This document shows positions 37,814-53,229 of a DNA stretch of 64,000 nt, piece after piece (position 1 is the first letter of the stretch; each line of letters begins with the position of its first letter). The stretch covers positions 30,008,001-30,072,000 of the forward strand of contig OZ024751.1 in the NCBI GenBank assembly GCA_964016885.1, given 5' to 3'. The notes beneath the pieces are model-generated. The model was not told the DNA's origin, did no database searches, and was given only the letters and a program-made list of their open reading frames with translations. This DNA is from Eledone cirrhosa (taxonomy: Eukaryota). The translations under genes were made by a program, and so were the position numbers.

Positions 37814-38950
37814 ATCTTTCTATTTTAAATTGGTTAGCCTCAGTGTTAAGTGAGGCTGGGTGTATTTATCTGTGTGGGGCTCTGCTTACATGTGTTTGAC
37901 ATATATGTGTGTATCTATGAATGCATGTGTGTGTTTGTGTAATTTCTTCTGTGTGTATGTGTATGTATACATCTGTATGTGTTTGTGTGTTTGTGTGTGT
38001 GTGTGTGATGTAATGTAATGTGTAAATATTTACATAAAGAAAAGTGATTAGCTTTTACGATACTGATGCGCTCACATGCACACATATACACATATATAGA
38101 AATTCACATATACACACATACTTACAAACACATACTCTCATATGCAGATGCAAACATATACATGTATACACACACAAGCGCACATGCAAACACACATACA
38201 CAAATTCACAAATATATACTGACACATACATATAAACACATTTTCTGAAACCAGTGCAGTTTGAGGGTATTTGACTGCTATTTCTAAGTTGCCAAAAATA
38301 TGGTAGAATCCTCGCTGTGGTTAAAATACTCATTCTATTGTTTCTAATGTTACAAGAATTTGTAAATAATAAATGCATATATGATAGATTTTGTAACGTT
38401 TTGTTTTTATAGGCATGTCCAATGAAACCCCTGGTACTGCACAATGTACAAATAAGTCAACTTGTTGAATGTTTCATTCATTTTTAGCTGCTTCATTACT
38501 ACAACCACTGTCACCACTAATGCCACTACCTCCACCACTACAATCATCACCAACATCATCATCACATACCACAACTTGAACCACCACCACCACTACAACC
38601 GACACCAATATTATTACACTATTACTGCTGCCGTCACCACTAACACCACTATCTCCACTTCTACAATCATCACCAGTACCATCGCCACATACATGCCACA
38701 ACTTCACCAACCACCACCACAACCAGCACCCACACTACTACACCACTACCTCCACCTACACCACTACCTCCACCTACACCACTATCACCTCTACTCAATA
38801 AACCTGGATACAATCCGATTGTTTTTTAACAATGGTGTATGACAGATAGTTGCCCCTACAGCACTAACAACAACAACAACAACATTACAAACGTGAAAGG
38901 GGAGCAATCAGTGATACAATGTACACAAGAATATAATATAATACAATATA

Positions 38951-38981
<31 letters not shown>

Positions 38982-39037
38982 CATATATGTATGTGTGTGG
39001 TTGACACATAAATACATTACATATCTATATATGTATG

Positions 39038-39097
<60 letters not shown>

Positions 39098-39101
39098 CAT
39101 A

Positions 39102-39147
<46 letters not shown>

Positions 39148-39425
39148 GTATATATATATGTGTGTGTATACATGTATATGTATGTATTTATGTATATATG
39201 TATATTTTAAAATAAAATGACTAAATATATTAAAACAAAGGTGAAAACCACAGAGGAACATTTAGACAAACAAATGAGCCAGAAATATTGTTGAAATCTG
39301 TGTGTGTGTGTGTGCGCGTATGTGCAGGTGTGTGTATGGGTGCGTGCATATATATATATCATCATCATCATCATTTAATGCTGAAGTTTTCCCTGCCAGC
39401 AAGGTTATATATATAACAATGTATA

Positions 39426-39501
<76 letters not shown>

Positions 39502-39754
39502 TATATTTATATATATATATATATATATATACATATACCTATATGTATACATATATATACATATATATATATATATATGTGTGTGTATGGTTGGTTCTAC
39601 AATAACATTTTCTACAAGTTTCAAGTTGTGTTTGTCCGTTTGTTTTATCTCAACATTCAATAGTTTATTGAATTAAAAGTATTTAAAAAGTATTTTACTT
39701 TATGAACCATGAGAAAGCTGGTTCAGTTTGGGCTTGTGGGTTCAACTTTTGTCT

Positions 39755-40581
39755 TTAATATAGGCACAAGGCCAGCAGTTTGGGCTTGTGGGTTCAACTT
39801 TTGTCTTTAATATAGGCACAAGGCCAGCACTTTGGGGTGAGGGGTAAGTCAATCAAATCGACTTTAGTGCATGACTGGTTCTTTATTTAATTGACCCCGT
39901 AAGGATGAAAGGCAAAGCTAACCTCAGAATATAAAGGGTCATAACTGTATGCCAGGAAGCATGGTGTCCAATGATCTACCAATACCAAACCACTGCCCTT
40001 AACAATAATAATAATGCTTTCTTTATTAGCCACACAGGGCTCACATTAAGGAGACATTAAAGACAGTACAGTGTGGGTTTTTTTTATGTAGAATAAAATT
40101 TATAACAGAGACTAAGAAAATAAACATTTTCAAAAAAACATAAATTCCCCAAAAGTGAAGAGACTACAAGTGTTACTAATAATAATAATAATAATGTATC
40201 TACTATTGGCACAAGGCCAGCAATTACCAGTACATTACTGGTACTTTATTTTATCGACCCCGTAAGGATGAAAGGCAAAGTTAACCTCAGCAGGATTTGA
40301 ACTCAGAACATAAAGGTCCATAACTCTGTGCTGCAAATCATGGCGTCCGACCCTCTACCGATACTGTCAAACCACTGCCCTTTAATAATAATAATTGTTT
40401 CTACTTTTGGCACAAGGCCAGCAATTACCCAGTGAATTACTGGTACTTTATTTTATCGACCCTGTAAGGATGAAAGGCAAAGTTAACCACAGTGGGATTT
40501 GAACTCAGAATGGCAAGGGCCGTAACTCTATGCGTCAAAGAATGACATCCGACCCTCTACCGATACTGCCAATCCACCACC

Positions 40582-40582
<1 letters not shown>
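39755..40582 (-). mobile_element. Cluster of SINE family B copies in (TAA)n
   Basis: Copies at ~39810-40000, 40195-40381 and 40393-40582, plus a local 54-bp duplication at 39725-39830. Confidence 0.85.
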
Positions 40583-40618
<36 letters not shown>

Positions 40619-40970
40619 TAATAATATTATTATTAATAATTTCTCAATATTCTTTTCACAGTTTTGTGACCCGCCTGGCCTATATTCCTGATTCTGAATC
40701 CATTATCTCTGCAAGTAGTGTAAGTATTTGAATCTTATTTTTCCCCCCAGTTTTTCTACGAGTCTCTACAAACTTAATATTTCATTCATCTTTCATTTGA
40801 TGCCGGCTGTTTTATTGAGAGAAGTGGGTATCTGGGACCATTGCAATCATTATCATCCTTTTACTTCAGCTTTTCCATGCTTGCATGAGCTAGACGGCTC
40901 TTTTGCAGCACTGCTTCCCTCTACCTACTGTGTTTCTTTACCATTTCCTCTATCAGGTTCAGTGTTTTGA

Positions 40971-41326
40971 GATCGAAAGGTTGTGAGTTCAATTCTCAGA
41001 CCGGGTGATGTGTTGTTTCCTTGAGCAAGACACTTTATTTCACATTGCTCCAGTTTACTCAGTTGTAGAAATGAGATGATAAGGACTGGGGTCCCTATCA
41101 TTCCACTGCAAAGTGGTCGTGGAGGTGCCACGGCAAAAAAGCACCCAGCCCTCACTGTAAAGTGGTCGTGGAGGTGCCATGGCAAAAAAGCACCCAGCAC
41201 TCACTGTAAATGAGGTTGGTGTTAGGAAGGGCATCCAGCTGTAGAAATCAAGCCAGAATCAGTTCCCGTCCCACTCTTGCAAGCAGGGAAAAGCGGACGT
41301 AAAATGAAATGATGAAATGATGATGA

Positions 41327-41330
<4 letters not shown>
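40971..41330 (+). mobile_element. SINE family A, 5'-clipped, with duplicated 49-bp internal module
   Basis: Matches 6770-7074; GTGGTCGTGGAGGTGCC module at 41113 and 41162. Confidence 0.85.
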
Positions 41331-41366
<36 letters not shown>

Positions 41367-42752
41367 CATTTTTGCTGTAATGTGTTTTTGTTTTTAGTTT
41401 TATTTATCTATTTTTATTAAAGTCTGAAGAGCTTCAATCAGTTTGAAAAATCAAAGATGAGCAGACGACCATTTAGTAATATAGAATGGTCTGTGTGTAT
41501 ATGTGTGTTTGTGTGTGTGTCTGTATGTGTGTTTGTCTGTGTGTGTCTGTATGCCTGTATGTGTGTCTCTGTGTGTGTATGTGTATTATCTGTATGTCTG
41601 TCTCTGTGTGTATTGTGTGTGTGTCTGTATGTCTGTCTATGTGTTTGTATGTGTCTCTGTGTGTGTGTATGTCTGTCTGTGTGTTTGTATGTGTGTCTTT
41701 GTGTGTGTGTGTGTGTTGTGTTGTGTGTGTGTGTGTGTTGTGTTGTGTGTGTGTGTGTAACCACCATTTACAATCATTTTCTTTTCTTTATCTCAATCTC
41801 TGTCTGTGTGTGTGTCTGTGTGTCTGTGTGTGTGTGTGTGTGGATGAGTTTGTGTGTATATATGTGTGTATATATGTGTGTATGTATGTGTGTGTGTTTG
41901 TGTGTATGTATATGTGTGTATGTATGTGTGTGTTTGTGTGTATGTATGTGTATGTGTGTGTGTATGTGTGTGTGTATGTATGTGTGTGTGTGATTGTGTG
42001 TAACCACCACTACAATCTTTTTTCTTCTTTCTTTATCTCAATCTCTCTGTCTGTGTGTAGTTGTGTGTATGTGTGTGTATGTGTCTGTATATATGTGTGT
42101 GTATATATGTGTGTATGTGTGTATATATGTGTATGTGTATGTGTGCATATATGTGTGTATGTGTATGTGTGTATATATGTGTGTATATATGTGTGTATGT
42201 GTATGTGTGTATATATGTGTGTATGTGTATGTGTGTATGTGTGTATGTATATGTGTGTTTGTGTGTGTGTTTGTGTGTAACCACCACTACGATCTTTTTT
42301 TTCTTTCTTTATCTCAATATCTTTGTGTCTGTGTGTGTATATATGTGTGTGCGTATCTGCATGTATGTGTGTCTGTGTGTATACATGTATATATGTGTGT
42401 GTGAGCATCTGCATGTATGTGTGTGTCTGTGTGAGTATCTGCAAGTATGTGTGTGTGAGTATCTGCAAGTATGTGTGTGTGAGTATCTGCAAGTATGTGT
42501 CTCTATGTGTAACTACAATTCTTTCTTTCCCTTCTCTATCCAATCTCTGTGTCACTATTTGTTTACAGCCACCGTCATGGTTTAATTTCAAACAAGTGAA
42601 TCGCTCTTCATACATTGAAAGTAACTCTTATTTATGGTTTCTTTGAGACTTTGATTATCTGTTTGGGGGGTTGAAATATAGACATATATATATATATATG
42701 TGTATATATATATATGTATATATATTTATATATATTTATATATATATATATC

Positions 42753-42783
<31 letters not shown>

Positions 42784-42794
42784 CTATATATATT

Positions 42795-42827
<33 letters not shown>

Positions 42828-43104
42828 GTATATATATTTATATATATATATATATATATAAATATATATATGTATATATATTTATATATATATATATTAT
42901 ATGTATATATATATATATATTATATATATATAAATACATACATACACATACAATATAAATACTTATATATATATGTGTGTGGGTGTATATAATATATACA
43001 ATATACATACTATATATATATATATATACACATATATAACAATGTGTATGTAATATATTACTGTGTATATCATATATATATATATACATATATATATATA
43101 CATA

Positions 43105-43142
<38 letters not shown>

Positions 43143-43220
43143 TATATAATATATATATATGGGTGTTTATATATATATATATTTGTCGGACTTCCAACAA
43201 AGTAAATACCCCCTTCTACT

Positions 43221-43254
<34 letters not shown>

Positions 43255-43611
43255 TATATACATATATAACTATGTGTATGTATGTATATATATATATGTA
43301 TATGTGTGTGTGGAAGAAATCACTATACTTTATTCCAACCAAACTCCTAGAATCAAGGAATCACGATGGTCCAAGCCCTACTCCATCTCCAATCCTATTT
43401 CTATTTACACTGGAAACTTTAAACAACAACCATATGAAGAGACATCAACAGTCACACTGGGTGACTTTCCTTAACACTTTCATTCATTGTTGCTTTCATT
43501 CGTTTCCTTTCTTCCTCTACTTCTTCTGCTTCTTATCCTCTTTATTTGCCAAATTTATTCATATTCTTAAAGAATAGACGAATAGACAACAGTTCTTTCT
43601 GCTGCTGTTCT

Positions 43612-43798
43612 ACAATAGCTGTTGAAGGAAGACGTGGTAGAGGTAGACCACGAAAAACATGGGTGGAGGTGGTGAGAACAGACCTCAGATCACGGTGGAG
43701 ATGACGAAGGACCGTGACGAGTGGAGAGATGCTGTGCTGAATAAGACCCGTCCCACCCTTGCGAGCTGGGAAGAGCGGACGTAAAATGATGATGATGA

Positions 43799-43802
<4 letters not shown>
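43612..43802 (+). mobile_element. RTE LINE 3' end (second subfamily)
   Basis: VEGRRGRGRPRKTWVEVVRTDLR...KDRDEWRDAVLNKTRP, then CCCACCCTTGCGAGCTGGGAAGAGCGGACGTAAAA(TGA)n. Confidence 0.88.
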
Positions 43803-43862
<60 letters not shown>

Positions 43863-44869
43863 GCACAGACACATACACACACACACACATATATATATTG
43901 TAAAGAGATAGTGCCGGAAAGCTGAGTTCATGCTATTCCGATGCCGAATGGATAACTAAATTTTTGTTTATTTTTAGCTATTTACATTTATATGTATGTG
44001 TGTATGTATATATATGTATATATGGGTGTGAATGTATATATATATACATATATATATATACACACACGCATATATATATATATATATATATATGGGTGTG
44101 AATGTATATATATATACATATATATATATACACACACGCATATATATATATATATATATATATGTTTGTAGCTTAGCTTTATACACAGTAACTCCATGGT
44201 TCCATGACTGCATGGCTCCAGAAGGGTAACATATATGTGGTGGTGATGGTGAGGTTAGTGGTGGTGAGGGTGGTGGTGGTGGTGGTGAGGGTGGTGGTGG
44301 TGGTGGTGGTAGTGTTGTCATTGTTGTTGTTTATGTTGTTGGTGCCTATGGCTGTGATGTGGGGGGGGGGGGGGGGGTGAGCTAGTGGAAGGGCAGTGGT
44401 GGGGAGTTAGGGTACAATAAGAAAGGAGTTGGATTGAGAGATTTTAATGAAAATAAAAAGCAAAACACAGCTCAGTATTATTTGGTTGCTAAAAAGACTA
44501 TTGCAGTAGCACTTTTGTTGTTGTTATTGTTGCTGTAGTTGCTGTTGTTGCTGTAGCTATACCATTACTGTTATTGTTGTTGTAATTGCTGTTGTTGCTG
44601 TAGCTATACCATTACTGTTATTGTTGCTGTAGTTGCTGTTGTTGCTGTAGCTATATTGTTATTGTTATTGTAGTTGTTGTACTGTTATTGTTGTTGTAGT
44701 TGTTGTTGCTGTTGTTCTTGATGTTGTTGGTGTTGTTATTGTTATTATTACTATTGTTGTTGTTGTTGTTGTTGTTCGCTACTACAAAGTATAACATGTA
44801 AATTGGTTTTAGCTAAATGTGTCCATAGTAATTGTTGCATATCACAGTCTGGACACACAGACAGGCAGA

Positions 44870-45360
44870 CAGACAGACTGGCAGACTGAGTGACTGACCA
44901 CTCCACCACCTCTCTGATGCAGCTGACCCACCACACAGACAGACAGACAGACAGACCCCCTCCACTGATACAGCTGACCCACCACAGACAGACAGACAGA
45001 CAGACCCCCTCCACTGATGCAGCTGATCCACCACACAGACAGACAGACAGACAGACCCCCTCCACTGATACAGCTGATCCACCACACAGACAGACTGATA
45101 GACTCACTGAGAGAGACAGACAGACAGACAGACTGACCCCCTCTACTGATGCAGCTGATCCACCACACAGACAGACTGATAGACTCACTGAGAGAGACAG
45201 ACAGACAGACAGACTGACCCCTCTGATTCAGCTGAGATACCACACTTCCAGACACAGACATGCAAACAGACAGATGGACCATACTTCCAGACAGTCAGAC
45301 CATACTTCCAGACAGACAGACTGACCATACTTCCAGACAGTCAGACAGATGGTCAGCAGA
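44870..45360. repeat. (CAGA)n-based minisatellite, unit ~CCCCTCCACTGATRCAGCTGAYCCACCACA(CAGA)n
   Basis: About 6 units of 47-82 bp, followed by CCATACTTCCAGACAG units. Confidence 0.85.
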
Positions 45361-45763
45361 CCGACAGTCAGCTGATATACCCCCCAGACAGAGAGACTGA
45401 CCATTCCACCATCTCAATCATGTCTTCTCAAACACCCCACTACTTGGCCCACTAAACTTCTACTTCTTTTAATCAACATCAATTTAAGAAGATGTAATGA
45501 AACTCTCTTGAACTGGAAAAATAAAATCTATTAGATGTTTTGTTTGTTTGTCTCCAATTGATATACATTCTGTCTGTCTCTGTATGTGTATGTATGTGTA
45601 TATATATATGGATTTATGTGTATGTTTGTATGTATATGTATATAATGTATACATATTAACTAAGTAAAATTTGAAATGAAATTATGTGTTCTATTCATGT
45701 TATATGTGTGTATACACATACATATACATATATATGCATATATATATATATATGTATATATAC

Positions 45764-45816
<53 letters not shown>

Positions 45817-45903
45817 TATATATATATATATATATGCATATATGTATGCATATATATATATATGCACATGTATATGTGTATATATATATATCATCATCAT
45901 CAT

Positions 45904-45940
<37 letters not shown>

Positions 45941-46511
45941 CACACACATATACATATATGTATATATACACACACATATATTTATATACATGCACATATA
46001 AATATACATGAGTGTGTGTGGAATATAAAATGAAAATCTATTGATTAATTCTCAATAGAATCTCTTTTGCTACCACAAAACATTTGTCATTTCAAAAGCT
46101 TGATAAATTTATCTGTTGTATTACTGTATTACTTGGTTGGCTCCCCTTTTGAAAACCTCTTCAATTTACTTACATTTGAGGAAGATAATCATATCTCTTC
46201 TGTAGACCAGTTGCTTTCCAAACTTATTTTGTTGCAGAACTGACCTGTCTGTTCTCAGAACACGACAACCTGTCTAACCCATGATGCCAGCATGGGAAAG
46301 GACATAAAACAAAGATGATGGTTATCATTTTATAGACAGTCCCTACAACCTCAATTTTCATTAGGCATTAAATGAAACAAAAATTGTTTTATGGAGAGAA
46401 TACATGCATACACACACATGCTCACATACATATACATATATACGTATTTGAATATATTCTGCAATTTCAAAATATATTAACTACAAAATAGTCAAATATA
46501 TATATATATAT

Positions 46512-46848
46512 GGAGGCACATGGCTTAGTGGTTAGAGCATTGGCCTTGCAATCGAAAGGTTGTGAGTTCAATTCTCAGACCGGGTGATGTGTTGTTTCCT
46601 TGAGCAAGACACTTTATTTCACATTGCTCCAGTTTACACAGCTGTAGAAATGAGATGATAGGACTGGGGTCCCTATCACTCCAGTGCAAAGTGGTCGTGG
46701 AGGTGCTATGGCAAAAAAGCACCCAGCCCACACTGTAAATGAGGTTGGTGTTAGGAAGGGCATCCAGCTGTAGAAATCAAGCCAGAATCAGTTCCCGTCC
46801 CAGCCTTGCAAGCAGGGAAAAGCAGATGTAAAATGATGATGATGATGA
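46512..46848 (+). mobile_element. SINE family A, full length
   Basis: Near-identical to 6730-7074. Confidence 0.9.
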
Positions 46849-47356
46849 TATACAAATAAAATATAGAGTTATTAACTCATATAGATACCCTGCAATTAAA
46901 ACAAGCTCAAAGTATAAATACCGAGCATTCGAGGTTTACTTTGCCTTTCATCCTTACGGGATCGATAAAATAAAGTACTAGTAATGCACTGGGTAATTGC
47001 TGGCCTTGTGCCTAAAGTATAAACAATTATATAGTAATATATATGTATAAATAAACACAGTAAATATATATATATATATATGAAAAAGGCAAACAGAAAT
47101 AACAAAGCAAACAACACAGTACAATGAAGAAATATATTAGTTTTACACTTGATATAGTAAGATACACACACACACGCACACATATATACATATATACGTT
47201 TGTGTGTGTGTGTGTTTTAGATTTTAGTTAATACTATACTTAATTGCCTGCTTTCTTTCAGTTTTTCAGGTTTGTCTTTTAGCTTGTATAGCTCTCATTT
47301 ACACAATGGTGTTTGGTATATGGTATATAACTTAGCTTTTTGTGACCATATTTATA

Positions 47357-47543
47357 ATTGTTTCTACTTTTGGCACAAGGCCAGCAATTATCCCAATGCA
47401 TTACTGGTACTTTATTTGATCGACCTCGTAAGGGTGAAAGGCAAAGTTAACCTTGGCCAGATTTGAACTCAGACCATAATGGGGTGTAACTCTATGCTAC
47501 AGAGCATGGTGTCCGACCCTCTACCGATACTGCCAATCCACCG
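47357..47543 (-). mobile_element. SINE family B
   Basis: Same as 40393-40582; an oppositely oriented partial copy lies at 46930-47030. Confidence 0.85.
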
Positions 47544-48511
47544 AATGAAATACACTTTGTTACAATTAATTAATGGAGAATCTTGAAGTATTTACTAAAA
47601 TTATTAAATATTTCATCACTCAGTTAGTAACTTAATATATGATTCTTATACAAGATTATTTTGGGAAATTTAAATCTAAATAGGAACCTTTTAAAATGGG
47701 TTGTATTGTTTTATAGAACCAGAGCATGTTTTGGTCAGGTTAAAAAATATTCTTATGTAAAATTATAATAGAAGGCTTTTAGATTAGTATAAAAAATTTA
47801 AAATAACAGGTTTCAGGCAGTGTTGTATGAAAAGGTTAAACCTTAAATTTATATTCCTCCAGAAATATATATTGGTCACAGTTTAGTGGAAGATAATATT
47901 AAAGGAATTTATTCAATAATATTTACAATTTAAAAATAATAATATTTAAATGAAACAAAAGAAAATAAGGAAAGGAAAAAAAAGAATTAAGCAATGAATG
48001 AAAGGGAGAGGTGAGGAAGGACAGACTTTACACCTTGATCTGAGTGGTGATTCAGTTGTGCCCCACAGACAAAATGGCAAAGGCATTGCCTTGAAGAATT
48101 AACAGTGACACCCACTGCAACAGTCACTCTTGCTCAGACAGGCCTATGTTTTTCTGATTTTGTGGAGGAAATCAGCATTGTGGGGACTGAGGACACCAGA
48201 GGTCTCTACAGTCGACCCATATGAAAGGAAGGTAAACTGAATTTTTCAATTAATCTAAAGATGGTGATGAAAATATCTGCCTCCAAGAAGATTTGCTATC
48301 AACGATGTAGCTTAGTTATAAAAGCTTCTGCAAAGGGTATTTCATAATTGATTATAAGCACGGATTAGAATTGGAAGTTAACCATCATAATTTCTTTATT
48401 ATTTATCTGTTTTTAATCAAATTCAGAAAAGCCAGGCTTAAAGACAGCAATTCTTCTTGTCAGAGAATTAGAGAGAGATTCCAGCCAACTGGACAACAGC
48501 TGGTTGTGTTT

Positions 48512-48553
<42 letters not shown>

Positions 48554-48649
48554 GAGATAAATAGCTATATATATATATATGTGTATATACAGAGAGAGAG
48601 AGAGAGAAAAATAGATAGACATATATATATATATAGAGAGAGAGACGTG

Positions 48650-48692
<43 letters not shown>

Positions 48693-49614
48693 AAGAGAGA
48701 GACAGTAGGCTCCATCTTCTATTTCAGTTGTAACAACGTTGCCATAATAATGATGATGATGATGATAATAATAATGATAACAATAATAATAATAGCAAAA
48801 GAAATAATAATAACACCTTTACACATCTAGTAAGAGTAAAATTCTTGTTAGGAACTAGGAGGTGTTATTGCAAGGATTCTGTTGTATTATTGGTTATTGA
48901 TTTTTATTTATTGATTAAGTCCAATCATTGATTAGAATCAGTAATACATCTAACTTAAGTAAAAAAAAAAAAAAAAAAAAAAAAGAAATGCCAAAGAAAT
49001 TCCTAAAAGAAAACTAAAAATTAATAAAAAAAATAATTTTTTACATAAGTAATTCTACGATACCAACAAAATAAACAAAATAAATATATAAAGTTATAAA
49101 CTCTTCACAAAAGACATTAAGACATACACGCAAACAAACAAAAGTACAAATACAAAACTAACTATAAAGAAAGAAGAATATGAAGATAAATAAGTAAAGC
49201 TTTCTATCTGCTGTGATTCTTGTACATTATGTTTACATTTGGCCCCAACAGCATTGGTATTGTAACGAAAATCATTTCTAAGGTTTCGGGAATAATATAA
49301 AGAAAATCCTAGTTTTAAAGTTTGTTGTAGTTTTGTTGTACATTTGTTTCTGCTCTGGGGATATAAAAGAAAGAAAGAAAAATGGTCAGAAAAATGTTAT
49401 TGCAGCAGTGATTTGTTTATAAACTTATTTGGCTGCTGCACCAATGAAAGACCATATGTTCCCCACCTTCCCCTTTACCCCAACTTCAAATTCTACCCAA
49501 TCCCCGCCCTGCCATATATTGTAAGAGGCTACTACTACTACAATGACGACTACTACTTGTACTATTACTACAATGACTACTACTACTTGTACTACTACTT
49601 ATACTACTACAATA

Positions 49615-49653
<39 letters not shown>

Positions 49654-49727
49654 GCTGCTAATACTAACGTCAAAGACTTCTCTAGTGATCTAAGTTCAAC
49701 AATATTCCTGTATTATTATTATTATTA

Positions 49728-49912
49728 GATTAGCAGTATCGGTAGAGGGTCTGACAACATGCTTTGCAGCATAGAGTTATGGCCCTATATGGTCTGAGTT
49801 CAAATCCTACCGATGTTAACTTTGCCTTTCATCCTGACGGGGTCGATAAAATAAAGCACCAGTAATACACTGGGATAATTGCTGGTCTTGTGCCAAAAGT
49901 AGAAACAATTAT
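49728..49912 (+). mobile_element. SINE family B, flanked by (ATT)n on both sides
   Basis: A-box-like TAGCAGTATCGG, B-box GAGTTCAAATCC, GCCTTTCATCCTGACGGGGTCGATAAAA. Confidence 0.85.
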
Positions 49913-50200
49913 TATTATTACTAATTACACTCTGCTTAGTACTACAATTTTATACTTAGTGGAAACTACACATCAAGTGCTCACCCTGGTAAACCTGCAG
50001 TAATTAAACGTTACAATCCCTATATATATATATATTCATACAGGCAACTTTTCTGCACTCAGTAATGACTATACGTAAGTGAGATACTGACATCCCAGCC
50101 TGTCTGGGATGTCAGTGACCCCGCTTCAGTACAGATTGTTCTATATAGACCCGTCCAAATTTGCTAGCAGGGAAAGCGGTTTTTCTCAAAAAATATTTTT

Positions 50201-50710
50201 GAATTAATAAACTAAAATTTCTTCACTAGCATCCATTTTGCTCTTGCTTTTTCATGCAGAAGACATTCCTGTGTAATTTTTCTTCTACCTATTCATTTTT
50301 TAAAGTATTTAATAGATTTTGTCATTTATATTTTTTCGTTTTAATTTATATTTTCATTTTTTTTTTTTAAGATTTAAATCCCTCTTTATCAAAATTAAAA
50401 TGTAAATAGCTGCAGAATTAATCAATTGAAATGTCTTCACTAGCACCCATTTTACTCTTGTTCTATCATGTAGAAGACGTCCCTGTGTAATTGTTTTGAA
50501 TTAATAAACTAACATTTCTTCACTAGCACCCACTTTACTCTTGCATTTTTATGCAGAAGGCGTCCCTGTGTAATTTTTTTCCTACCTATTCATTTTTTAA
50601 AGTATCTAATAGATTTTGTCATTTATATTTTTTCATTTTAATTTATATTTCCACTTTTTTTTTTGTCAAGATTTAAATATCTATCTTTATCAAAATTAAA
50701 ATGTAAATAC
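50201..50710. repeat. Local ~297-bp tandem duplication with internal ~60-bp subrepeat
   Basis: GAATTAATAAACTAA at 50201 and 50498; CTTCACTAGCAYCCA three times. Confidence 0.8.
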
Positions 50711-51017
50711 ATAGAAAAGAAGATTATCACCTCAGGTACAATTTACTGGCTAAATATAACCTGTAGCCATTGGCAAATTAATTTCTTGAGGCAACTAAAA
50801 ATAAGAACAACAACAATAACAATAACAACATTGATGATAGTATGGAAATGGTGGCTTTACTAGATAAACTGTAGTACTTATTTGTGTTTGGAGAGAGAGG
50901 GATGTACAAATTGAAAAACAGACAGACAGAGAGAGTAGATAGCAGAGAGAGAGAGAGATAGCAGAGAGATATACAGAGTAAAAGAGAGAATATGTGAGAG
51001 AAAGACATATATATATT

Positions 51018-51051
<34 letters not shown>

Positions 51052-51251
51052 TTATATATATGTATATATGTATGTATGTATGTGTGTGTATAATATGTAT
51101 ATATATATGTGTGTATAATATATATATATATATTATATATATATGTATATATGTATGTATGTATGTACGTATGTGTGTGTATATATATATTATACACACA
51201 TATATATATACATATTATATATATGTATATATGTATGTACGTATGTGTGTG

Positions 51252-51316
<65 letters not shown>

Positions 51317-51555
51317 CACACATATATATATACATATTATATATATGTATATATGTATGTATGTACGTATGTGTGTATATATCTCTATATATATAGAGAG
51401 AGAGAGAGTTCAATGAGACAGAAGGAGTATACTGTATATTCACTGTTACTAACTGATGAATATTTCTTGCCACACACATTCATCCCATTTTATAATAAAC
51501 ATACACATACACATATGCATCTACACTTCACAATGCACACACAAACACACACACA

Positions 51556-51600
<45 letters not shown>

Positions 51601-51672
51601 TCATGTTTACACCTATGCATATATAAATTATGTATCTGAACCAACATACACACATCATTTAATGCCAATTTA

Positions 51673-51742
<70 letters not shown>

Positions 51743-51988
51743 TGTTTGTGTGCAGTTTATGACTAAGTATATTTGTGTATATATTTGATACATTTTTTGT
51801 GCTGGTTTTGGTTTTTAATAAAATCATAACTATGCATACAGACACAGACACATACACATACAGAGAGATAAAAGGGCATGTAGCTAGCTAGGTATATACA
51901 GGTAAGTTGATAGATAAGTTTCTTTTTTATTTATTTTTTATTTTTATTTTTTTTTATTTTAGTAAGTTGATAGATAGATAGATATAAT

Positions 51989-52322
<334 letters not shown>

Positions 52323-52361
52323 CATATATATATATATATATACATATGTACATATATACAT

Positions 52362-52433
<72 letters not shown>

Positions 52434-53229
52434 TAGCAGAAGAATCATTATATATGTTGAAAAAGTATAATGTTATTATAGAGGAATCCTTACGAATTAC
52501 TAAACAGAAAACAAGAATTGGTGATGAAGTGTAGACATGATGATAAGTTTTTCCTAAAGAACTACAAAAACAAAAAATTGTCTTAATGTTTCAGATGTTA
52601 GTTCTTCATCAAAAGATAGAATGAGAAGTCGAAGATGAAATAGAAAGCTAGACAAGAGCAAGAAAAAAAATGTAGTCAGCCATTTTGGAAAATATATATG
52701 TGGGTGATGGGTAGGCTGCCGAAATGTGTTTCATCATCATCATTATCATGATGTTTGTGTGTTAAAAGAAGCTCCTAGTGAGCTGTAGTCTGACCAAGAT
52801 GCTCAGCTGTATGTATATGTATGTATATATATATATGTGAGTGTATGTATGTATGTAGATATATATATGAGTGTGTATGGATCCTTAGATCACATGTATG
52901 TCTTTTACAGTAGACAACAACAATATATACATACACACATACATACATACATACATACATATATACATACATACTCACACACACATACACACACGCACTC
53001 ACATAAATATAGACATACACACACTCACACATATACATATATACATACATATACCCCCCACCACCCCCCACACACACACCCCTACACATATTGTTGCAAC
53101 CATTATTACTGTAATGTAATATAAGCAGAGAAGAAAGGCAACCAAATATTAAATTATATAAAAATAAGTGGAAAAATTAAAGAAAGCAGCAACATCAACA
53201 AGAACATGAACAACACTACCATCATCATC

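Noticed and set aside
48000-48520. Non-repetitive island with partial open frames and a GTAAAC donor
   Set aside because: No frame runs cleanly between an acceptor and a donor; no recognisable homology.
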